Positions 54,330-64,000 of a stretch of 64,000 nt of DNA are shown here, piece after piece (the first letter of the stretch is position 1; every line of letters starts with the position of its first letter). The translations under genes and the position numbers were made by a program. Below the pieces are notes generated by a model, which saw nothing but the letters and a program-made list of their open reading frames with translations, was not told the DNA's origin and searched no databases. This DNA comes from Octopus vulgaris (taxonomy: Eukaryota): assembly GCA_951406725.2 (NCBI GenBank), contig OX597819.1, positions 111,910,001-111,974,000 on the forward strand. Reading direction: 5' to 3'.

Positions 54330-55390
54330 CACACCACAAAAAACATTCTAACACCAAGAAAAATTTTAAAGTATTACTGAAAAACGGAAACTGTAATTCA
54401 ACGAATGAAGTGGAAGGTTTATTTCTTCCTGAACAAAAAGAATAAACTCACACAAGATGAAAACAGCTCCAGTTTCACACAACCCGAAATTGTCACCTCA
54501 AAACAAGGAACTAGATTCATTCGAGAAATTATATTCTTAATGACGAGTGTGGAAATTAACAAGACGAAATATTTCTTAATCAAATTAATCTCGGTTAAAA
54601 TCCACCGAACCAATGTCCTCCAGTAACCCTATTCGTGTTTGTAGATACAAGAAACCTATACAAAGCAAGCAGAGATACTCGTAACGACCTTTTACACAAT
54701 AACCTTGTAAGCTTCCACTAAATAACAAGCAGCAACAAATACAATGAAATACGCATAAAATTTCATCAGCTGGCAGCAAAGCATAAGATTCAAAATAAAC
54801 TTAAATGCCTCACCAGACGGAAAGAACCTTCACCAGAGTCAAGGATATACAAACAAAACTTCAAAATGTCATCCAAACGTATATTCATTAATCCAGAATA
54901 AATGCTAACCCAATGCGGTTTAAAAATTAGACTCAATGAAACAAAACTGCATCAGTCGTCAGATCGAAAATGAAATAAAGCTAAATTTATTTCGATATCA
55001 TTACTAATTATCCTTTCATCAATGGGGAATCTTTAGAAAAGCCAGCGATTTACCGAGAATTTACACAATATTTCTTAAAGTAGCCTGTAGGTTATTCTAC
55101 ATGCCAGATGATTTCTCCTTTTTAACGTGATTCAAGGATCGGGCGGTGATTTTGAACGGTGATAGGTAGCTTTGATTCGGTTAAATTATGTAAGATAGGA
55201 GGTTGTTCTTGTTTAATGAAAAGGGAAGTTTTTTCTGATGTCAATAGCGTTGGCCTGCACAGGGATGATGAGCTTTTGATTTCTAATAGCGCAGTTGGGC
55301 ATACAATTGACAGCGAAAAATATAACACCCAAGAAATTCAGCCAAAGAGTGACAGTCAAAGCAAAGCCTGTAACGGAGGTCACTTTGACA
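54330..55390 (+). pseudogene. Decayed Penelope-like ORF, N-terminus plus RT
   Basis: KNILTP...TETVIQRMKWKVYFFL, FDIITNYPFINGESLEK and IGSFDSVKLC...VGLHRDDEL. Compare PLE MRWKA.FF, FDI..FYPSI, MGSFDGAE.C and GLYRDDGL. Confidence 0.8.
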
Positions 55391-56113
55391 AACACTTAAA
55401 GTCTTCCTTGAGAGTTTCAAAGAGGATCTCCCGCTTTAATGTATAGTAGACGTCAGCCCACGACTACAAATAAGTCCATCTAAAACCATTCTATTTCTTT
55501 CTAACTGGAAGGACCAAACGAACGAAACCACAGTTTAGGTTGTGTAATGCTATCGGGATTAATCTGAATTCAAAATCGTTTTGAGCCCTTGAAGAACTCC
55601 GATAACGCGTCATTTTACATACATACATGATACCAACTGAAAGGGGAAAAAGCGTCATCGAACATATACAGATCAGTATGAACAAGAGTATATTTGCATT
55701 GTCCGTCGATGAAGTCATCTTCAATAAGGCGGCATAATACTAGAACAAACACAGTCAAATATATGAAACCAAAAACCAATATAATAATACTCAGCAATAG
55801 TATTCAAGTAATCATCCTAAAAAGTTAGAAGCGTAAAAATCAATTCAGTGCCTTACAGTGCTGAGCTGGCTAATTACCTCAATGATATATGTGGATGTAT
55901 GTGTGCGCGCACTTGTGTCTGTGGACGTATGTGTTCATGTGTATATGTATGAGTATTTGCATATATATGTGTATATATTAATGCATTATACATATGCACG
56001 TATGCATATATAAGTAAATATGCTAACATGTGTTTATGCATACATAGATGCATACATGCATATTAAATAATATTCATGGAGTAAAATAATCATGTAATTA
56101 TATTTACAGTGTA

Positions 56114-56948
56114 CGAGGTCTGATCAATAAGTACTAGGACTGTTGCTATAGTTACGAAACTAAAGCATACAGAGTAAAGCCGCTTAGTAAAGATTGACCT
56201 TGGACTCTGCTGTGCATGCTCACAAAGTCTTAATATTCTAGCTCACTTCTGCTGTTTACAGCAGTGCTTGGAAGGAAGGTGTGTAGCATGTGATCGTCGC
56301 ATTGACCATGACAGAGAAAGTCGTCATGGCGATACCTGCTCAGAGGCCTACACAAAGTTGCAGAAAGTGTATGGAGAGGAGTGTATGAGCTGCAGACAAG
56401 TGTATGAGTGGTTCAGATATTTCCAAGATGGCCGAAAAAATGTCGATATTGGCTAATGTTCTGGGAGACCCGTAACCAGCAGAACTGAGAAAAATGTCGC
56501 AGATGTGGGTGCGACTGAGGGGAAACCGTTGAATCACCATCCGCGATTTATCAGAGGATATGCAGATTAGCTACGGTTCAGTTCAATCCATAATCAATGA
56601 AGATTTGAGTGTGAGATGTGTGTGTCAAGATTGTGCCAAAACTGCTTTCAGCTGACAAAGAAACCATTCTGATTTCAATTGCACAAAATCTCCTTGATTG
56701 TGTCGAGAACGATGAAAACTTTTTGAAAACTCTGTGTAGGCCTGTGAGCAGTTATCACCAAGCTTTTGGCAAAATTTGATGCAGATTCTCTGCTCAGCTT
56801 TCTGTCATGGTCAATGCGACGATCACACGTTACACACCTTACTTCCAAGCAGTGCTGTAAACAGCAGAAGTGAGCTAGAACGTTAAAGCTTGTGCCCAGC
56901 GGCTTCGTTACTGTAGCAATAGTCCGGATATTTATCGATCAGCCCACG
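56114..56948 (+). mobile_element. Mariner derivative made of two inverted 5' ends
   Basis: TA-flanked TIRs. The inner inverted repeat at about 56236-56320 and 56798-56880 extends over the ATG. HTH translation EAYTKLQKVYGEECMSCRQVYEWFRYFQDGRK. Confidence 0.88.
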
Positions 56949-56957
56949 TATTTTATA

Positions 56958-57959
56958 CAGGGTGTTCGGGCTAAATTTGACGATTTTTTTGTGTCTCCCT
57001 TTTTCATGAACAGCTTGATGTGTTGGTGAACAGTCAACAACGTTGGAGAGCATAATGATTAAAGTTGACACCGGAAATTGGAAGCCATATGAATATCGGA
57101 AAAGAGCTACCTGTATGAAGATGATTCGTGCCAGGTGTCAAAATGCCAACATCATGAAGTCTGTCTTTACGTTCTGAGTTCAAATTCCGTCGAAGTCGAC
57201 CATGCCTTTCATCCTTTTGGGGTCGATAAATTAAGTACCAGTTGCGTACTGGGGTCGAATGGCTTCCTCCCCCCAAAATTTCGGGCTTTGTGCCTAGAGT
57301 AGAAAAGATTATGAAGGCTGCTCAATGCTGTATGGCCACTGTAAGGGCTGCAAGATGTGACATGGACAAATAGAATAGAGATTACGAAGCCGTAACCAGC
57401 AGAAAGGAACATAGCAAGCATTCTGACTGCATCGGCATTCCTGAATTCATCCCCACGTATTTGAGCAAGGCTTTAAGCTCAGTTCAGATGGCAATGTAAA
57501 CCTACTCGAAACTGTAGTCAATCTCTGACTGGAGAGGGTTACTGCTGGAAGACCATATGTGTGGCAGCAGGATTCGGTTCCTTGCCATACCTCTGGAAAA
57601 GAGTCATAAGTGGTTGTCGGACAATTTCTACGATTTCACCTACCCCAATTTCTGGCAGCCTAATTCTCCCGATTGTAATCCAATGGGTTACTATGTGTGG
57701 GGCATAGTTGAGAAAGACATCAAGCAATATGCCTGCAACATAAAGTCTCAGCTGGCGGTCAAGATCAAGGAAGCATTCGAAGATCTTCCCAGAGGCACAG
57801 ACAGGAACCATCTTTAAGCCGTGGCAGAAGAAGAGGGTGGTTACTCTAAGTAAATTGTTATCTCCTAGACATAATCTAATTGATGAGTCTTGATTTTTTT
57901 TTATGGAAGACCGTGTTTTCTTTTCCTTTTATGTGAATGAATAAAGCCCGAACACTCTA
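56958..57959 (+). mobile_element. Deleted Tc1/mariner (maT-like) element with SINE B fragment inside
   Basis: TIR CAGGGTGTTCGGGCT / AGCCCGAACACTCTA. Translation gives WLSDNFYDFTYPNFWQPNSPDCNPMGYYVWGIVE. Confidence 0.85.
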
Positions 57960-57979
57960 TATGTATACGTACAAGTGTA

Positions 57980-58034
<55 letters not shown>

Positions 58035-58036
<2 letters not shown>

Positions 58037-58360
58037 CGACGCCGTGGTGATCTCATTCTTGCTCACAACATCATAAGCGGAAAGTGTAAGCTCTCGAAAG
58101 AGCTGTTCTTCACTCCTGCTCCAGAGCGTCGGCTGCGGAGTCACTCCGAAAAGCTCTATCTGCGACGATTTCATCTCAATCGAAGGAGAGGGGCTTTCTC
58201 CGTCCGGGTTGCGGTTCCGTGGAATAAGCTGCCGGACGAGATAGTGAAGATGCCGACGACCGCTCGGTTCAAAGTCTCCCTTGACCACAAATGGCCTGAA
58301 CTCTTTGCATGAACACCACCCTGTACATAACTCCATGTCCCCCTACATGGCCCCTACATG
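58035..58360 (+). pseudogene. CR1-clade LINE 3' fragment
   Basis: RRRGDLILAHNII...LRSHSEKL...RRGAFSVRVAVPWNKLPDEIV...FKVSLD. Confidence 0.88.
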
Positions 58361-58736
58361 GTCAATTATATCTCGGAGACTTCAGTTTTTAATTATATCA
58401 TGAATTTTTTAGCGACGATGGCTTCGTTCCTAAATACATTGATTATGCCAATTTAAATGCGTGTATGTGTGTCTGCGTGCGTGTATGGATATCAGGTTTA
58501 TTCTGGGTGCTATTGGCAACATGTTGCATGTATCGTTCGTCTGCGAATAAACCCTCACCAGACTGCTCGGAACTCAGCAGGAGAAAAATCAATAACTGTC
58601 GAAAGGACTTGACAATCACCCGGTGTGGTGCCAACGACTATTTAGTATCACAGTGTAACAGATTGAGTGCGATTAATGCTGCCACCAAAAAGCTTTTCTG
58701 CGACTGCATTTTTTCCCTGTGGTAAGTCTCTTGAGA

Positions 58737-59667
58737 AGAAGGCGGCGAGCTGGCAGAAACGTTAGCGCGCAGGGCGAAATGCTTAGTGGTATTTCGTCTG
58801 CCGTTACGTTGTTAGTTCAAATTCTGCCGAGGTCGACTTTACCTTTCATCCTTTCGGGGTCGATAAATTAAGTACCAGTTACGCACTGGGGTCGATGTAA
58901 TCGACTTAATACCTATGTCTGTCCTTGTTTGTCCCTTCTATGTTTAGCCCCTTGTGGGTAATAAAGAAATAGGTATTTCGTCTGCCGTTACGTTCTGAGT
59001 TCAAATTCCGCCGAGGTCGACTTTGCCTTTCATCCTTTCGGGGTCGATTAAATAAGTACCAGTTACGCACTGGGATCGATGTAATCGACTTAATCTGTGT
59101 GTCTGTCCTTGTTTGTCCCCTCTGTGTTTAGCCCCTTGTGGGTAGTAAAGAAATAGGTATTTCGTCTGTCGTTACGTTCTGAGTTCAAATTCCACCGAGG
59201 TTGACTTTGCCTTTCATCCTTTCGGGGTCGATAAATAAAGTACCAGTTTCGCACTGGGATCGATGTAATCGACTAAATCCTTTTGTCTGTCCTTGTTTGT
59301 CCCCTCTGTGTTTAGCCCCTTGTGGGTAATAAAGAAATAGGTATTTCGTCTGTCGTTACGTTCTGAGTTCAAATTCCGCCGAGGTTGACTTTGCCTTTCA
59401 TCCATTCAGGGTCGATAAATAAAGTACCAGTTTCGCAAGGGGTCGATGTAATCGACTTAATCCCTTTGTCTGTTCTTGTTTGTCCCCTCTATGTTTAGCC
59501 CCATGTGGGTATTAAAGAAATATATATTTCTTTACTGCCCAGAAGGGTTTAAATATAGAGGGGGCAAACAAGGACAGACATAGGTATTAAGTCGATTACA
59601 TCGACCCCAGTGCGTAACTGGTACTTAATTTATCGACTCCGAAAGGATGAAAGGCAAAGTCGACCTC
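58737..59667 (+). mobile_element. SINE family B concatemer: head, four 184-bp units and an inverted partial unit
   Basis: Unit starts at 58788, 58972, 59156 and 59340. TSD GTCTCTTGAGA at 58726-58736 and 59668-59678. Confidence 0.93.
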
Positions 59668-59699
59668 GTCTCTTGAGAGGTGACTGAACGTTAGTATCG

Positions 59700-60620
59700 A
59701 ACGACTAGAATGGCGAAACAAAAAGTCGCCACAGTGACCAAGAAAAGTAGGTCAAAGTCAGTTTAATGTGAAGATGTTGTAAATCGCCTTCGTTTATTGA
59801 AAAGACATCGTTTACCATGAGTTTATTCAACATGGTCAGACAATGAATAAAGAGCTTTATTTCGATGCGCTAAAGCATTTTTGAGGGTCTGTGTAGAAGG
59901 AAGAGATTTGATACATGGGCAAACAAAACCTAGTTTCTGTACCAACTCACACGTGATATTTTGTCCGTGACCTTTTAGCAAATCATGAGACGACTTGCCT
60001 CTCCCAACCACCCCTACTTTCTTGTTTACCACTTCTACGGATTATTTTTATTCTCAAATTTGACCCTGAAGGGTCACCAATTTTGACACTACAAGGGATC
60101 GAAAAAATAACTCTGCACAACTGCACTACTCTTAAAAACGTGTTCCAAGACGCTTTCGAAAATTGCTAAAAATGTTGGGAGTGGGGTATCATCAGTATCA
60201 TTGTCCCTTTTTCTTTTTCTTTTTTTTTTTGCTGCTCGTTGATGACATTACAGCGAGTCTTCTCGATTAAGTACGAGCTCTCCCATTGGATGAAGCTATA
60301 GCATTACTTTGTTCTGCTTATCTCAGAGTGTTTTCTTGACAGATATACTGGTATAGTTTCCCAAAAGGATACTGGTATGGTTCCCTAAAAGGATGGCTGT
60401 TGGCCCACAAAGAGCTCCTCCGTCCTTCGACGTGTCTTGTTTTAATCCTGCTGCGTGTCCAGACACTCACAAGAGTAGCGAACTACTCAAATGGTAAGCT
60501 GGTTTAGTCGCCGACCACTGATTTACGTAAGTACAGTAGCAGGTCTCATCAGCTTGGGATGAGATCCCTGACTCGACTATAACCATCTGTATAGGAAACT
60601 ATTTTGAAGGAAACTAGTCT
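59700..60620 (+). pseudogene. Decayed mariner catalytic region, split by an insertion at about 60190-60590
   Basis: KDIVYHEFIQHGQTMNKELYFDALKH...KCWEWGI, then GNYFEGN* after the insertion. Confidence 0.8.
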
Positions 60621-61063
60621 GGTTAAATTGTAAGGTAAATACATTCAGTTTCTTTTTCTAGAGGCTCTATTTATAAATAGCTAGCCGTTACCCACGAACG
60701 AGTATGGCATGATGATCTGTACTACGCTTTCGCGGGTTGTCTTGGGTGCCTGTTTGGACGCGAACAGACGTAGACAATATCCCGACTACTCCGTTCTTTG
60801 ACTCATTACAGAGCTATCGAGACTGGTGGATGGGGGTGGGCAGAGACAGAGAAAGAGAGGGAGAGGAAAAGAGGGAGATATCCTGAAACGGGGGTGCCGA
60901 ACGCTTGCCACGGTGTAGACTCTGCTAAAGGTACCCTAGGCACTAGGTGGTGGAGTGAAATCGGGCGACGGATTAAGTCTATTACGCAAACAGTCCACAG
61001 TGGAATTGGAACTCACAACGCAAAGAACCTGAACAAATACCTCAAGGTATACCCTCGTTCTGT

Positions 61064-61325
61064 GGAGGCGCATGGCTTAGTGGTTAGGGTGTCAGCATCA
61101 TGATCGTAGGGTTGTGGTTTCGATTCCTGGACCGGGCGACGCGTTGTGTTCTTGGGCAAAACACTTCATTTCAGTTTGCTCCAGTCCACTCAGCTGGCAA
61201 AAATGAGTAACGCTGTCGTGGACTGGCGTCCCATCTAGCTGGGGAACACATACGCCATAAAAACTGGGAAACCGGGCTCATGAACCTGGCTAGGCTTTAA
61301 AAGGGCGCATTTATTTATCATTATC
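61064..61325 (+). mobile_element. SINE family C with TSD
   Basis: TSD CCCTCGTTCT at 61052-61061 and 61326-61335. Confidence 0.92.
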
Positions 61326-61335
61326 CCCTCGTTCT

Positions 61336-61765
61336 AATTTTGGCACTAGGCCAACAATTTTAAAGGAAAGGGTTAATCGATTACATCAGCCCAAGTTTTT
61401 GACTGGTACTTTCTCAACTCCAAGGGATGAAAGGCAAAGTAGACCACGGAAAAATTTGAACTCAAAACGTAATGAATCGTAATAAATATTGCATTTTTCA
61501 GGCACTCTACCAATTCTGCAAGCTCGCTGACATAGTTTCATTTGCAAATTGATTTCAATTTTTCACACAAGTCCAGCAAGCACGGGCAAGGGATTAAGTC
61601 GATCACATTGAACCCCAGTGCTCAACTACTACTTATTTTATCGATTTCGAAAGGATGAAAGGCAAAGTCGACCTCGGTGAAATTCGAATTCAGAACGTAG
61701 AGTCGGACGAAACACCGCTAAGCATTTTCCTCAGAGTGCTAACGATTCTGCCAACACGCCGCCAA
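61336..61765 (-). mobile_element. Two old SINE family B copies
   Basis: Diverged family B motifs. Confidence 0.8.
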
Positions 61766-62980
61766 TTTCATTTGTAAACTGATATCAAGAAGAAATCATT
61801 TGCATTTCTTTTAAGGCAGTTTGAATTTTGCGAAAAGACAAGGTTTATCCAATGTCGTTTTTAAGATGGTATTACACTTTTGTTCATTGCAAATCATTAA
61901 TTAATGTTATAACATAACATTCATGGGCAGCTAGCAGCCATGGACAACCTAACGGGGACTTCTTGAAAGGCACACCTAATAAAAACTTACCTTTAATTCT
62001 ATTTTTAGAAGTGTGGCCCGCCTGACAGTGAACCATGTCTTATGAGACTCCCTTCTCGAAAAACATTGCCCGTGCCTGTTATAAATTGTTATATTACGGA
62101 TTTCGCAATTTGATAGTAATCTTTAAAATCTGATATTCTGTGCGAGCTCTCCCATTGGATGAAGCTATAGCATTACTTTGGTGGCGGTGGTGGTGTTGGT
62201 GGTGGCGCCGGCGGTGGTGATGTTGGTGGTGTATAGCCCCAAATCTGTCCCTAGCGAACAGATATATGCAGAACGCAGTCCAATCGATGATCGTTCCCAT
62301 ATTACATTACGTTAAACATCTGTTTTTTAAACAGTATGATGTGGTCTGAGGATAATTTGGCTGTTTTTACTACAGGCCAAGTGACCATGTAGTGACTCAT
62401 GCGGTGGTTTTAGACCTGACTTTGCTCTATGACATTTAGAGCTGTCTGCTTCAGCAGAAACATTCAATATAGGATTAACTCTTGAAAAGTTCCTAAATCA
62501 AAACGGAGGAACACAATCATATTTTCATTGCAAGAGAGATAACCTTTCGACTAGAGTTACTTCCCTTGATAACAATTTATATTCGAAGAAAATAAATGCA
62601 ATCTTCGTTCCGTGAGAACAGAAGTGTTCTAACGTGTGAAGCAAGACCATTCATTTAAGAATAAGTTGGAAGGCTAAATTTGGGAACAAGTTACACCTAC
62701 CGCTTGATTAACCATTAAGGAAAATAAGCACTTGCTTAGGGCATCAAGAGAAGGAGGGCACCACTGAAATGATAAATGGCTCGCGGCACAAAAAGAAATT
62801 ACTTTAAACTTTCTAAAATCATATTTGGGATGTCTTATCTCTACAAAGTAAAGAAGCAGACATTTTACGTAAGATTAATTTTGCGGATCTAGTTAAAGAT
62901 TTTGCTATAAAAAAAAAAAAACAAAGGAGAAAATTTTTCAAATGTAAATCAAGTAGAAGTACATAAAAATAAGTGTTATT

Positions 62981-63397
62981 GGATCTTTACAGTTTGAACG
63001 GCAGTTTTTAACATAATTTCTAGGTAACTAAAAATTTTTAAACTTCGTATACTGATAGGTGTTTATAAAACATCTTTTTCTCTTGGCTTTATTGAGAAAA
63101 TTCTATGGTTTGTAAGATATTTGTTGTTGTTTTTCTTCAATTTCTGCAATTTCAACCAATCACTGACGTCTATTGAGATAAAAGCATTCTGTGCTGTATG
63201 AATATGACCCTCGTTTAAGAAACAGATTGGGTTTATTTACATTTCTGAAGAAAAAAAGATACCCTTCCCCCCACCCCTAATCCTAACCCTAACCCTAAAA
63301 CATTGAAATGCAATAGATCGATACTAGGGTCATAATTATGGGTGACAATTTCATATGACACCACTAGAAAAAATTGCCGTTCAAGCCGAAAAGATCC
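62981..63397. mobile_element. MITE with 29-bp TIRs and 8-bp TSD (Merlin-like)
   Basis: GGATCTTTACAGTTTGAACGGCAGTTTTT / AAAAATTGCCGTTCAAGCCGAAAAGATCC, with flanks GTGTTATT and GTATTATT. Confidence 0.8.
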
Positions 63398-63487
63398 GTA
63401 TTATTTTCCATCTTACTGCTAGTTTTGCTCCATTTTTAAAAATGAAAATTCATTTCATGGTTTATTATTGTTTATATTTTGAATTGC

Positions 63488-63798
63488 GGAGGCGCAGTGG
63501 CCCAGTGGTTAAGGCAGCGGATTTGCAGCGGTTTCGATTCGCAGGCCGGGCGTTGTATGTGTTTATTGAGCGAAAACACCTAAAGCTCCACGAGGTCCCG
63601 GCAGGGGGTGGTGGCGACCCCTGTTGTAGACTTTCGCCCCAACTTTCTCTCATTCTTTTTTTCCTGTTTCTTGAGTGACGCTGCGATGGACTGGCGTCCC
63701 GTCCAGCTGGGGGGGAACACATACGCCACAGAAACCGGGAAACCGGGCCCATGAGCCTGGCTAGGCTTGAAAAGGGTGCATAAATAAATAAAATAATG
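63488..63798 (+). mobile_element. SINE with family D body and family C 3' end
   Basis: TSD TTTTGAATTGC at 63477-63487 and 63799-63809. Confidence 0.9.
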
Positions 63799-64000
63799 TT
63801 TTGAATTGCATATATATGAGGGCACCAAAATCTTTTAAGTGCTTAGGACCTCTAATCCAGCCCTGGTTACACTCAGGAGTCAACCCCAATGTTACGGTCT
63901 TTTAGAGATACTTTTAGGCATTTCTTGAACAGAATGTTTCACTTAACAGAGATCAACATTGGTCATCTGTTTGGGGATGCGGAGGCCTGGCATGTAACTA

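Larger units (their letters stand above)
62697..63865 (+). mobile_element. Non-autonomous hAT-like element hosting two nested insertions
   Basis: 3' terminus TAATCCAGCCCTG, subterminal GCTTAGG at both ends, and RKINFADLVKDFAIKK resembling the hAT C-terminus. Confidence 0.5.

Noticed and set aside
55586-55612. TTGAAGA-ACTCC-GATAAC-GC-GTC as a hammerhead relic
   Set aside because: No stem II pairing and two core defects.
58788-59520. Regular repeat array resembling CRISPR
   Set aside because: The 184-bp units are repeated in full with no unique spacers, there are no cas genes, and the units are SINE bodies.
61064-61140. tRNA-like sequences here and at other SINE heads
   Set aside because: A/B boxes run into SINE bodies with tails and TSDs, and there is no convincing cloverleaf.
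63276-63298. Telomeric repeat or chromosome end
   Set aside because: Only about three imperfect units, internal to a MITE.

Overview
Gene-free, AT-rich animal DNA built almost entirely of microsatellites ((TA)n, (CA)n, (CATA)n, (GATA)n, triplets) and transposon debris. The tRNA-headed SINE families and repeat landscape look like an octopus genome, which is an inference from recall, not a search result. No host exon, intact ORF, RNA gene or CRISPR array is supported, and nearly all supplied ORFs are microsatellite translations. Recognisable parts are several SINE families, Tc1/mariner, hAT, Merlin-like and Helitron-like relics, RTE, CR1 and R4/Dong-like LINE fragments, and two decayed Penelope-like (PLE) ORFs (an RT half at 54.3-55.4 kb and a GIY-YIG half at 30.8-31.5 kb). 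The most striking signal is a set of non-coding fold-back elements inserted in (TA)n tracts, from at least three sequence families. They share one architecture: two divergent arms, only one of which carries a terminal extension. Several carry type I hammerhead-ribozyme cores with unusually long stem II, and one family shows compensatory stem I changes. One copy begins at the predicted cleavage site. Heat-shock-element plus TATA modules lie near two PLE-related segments.
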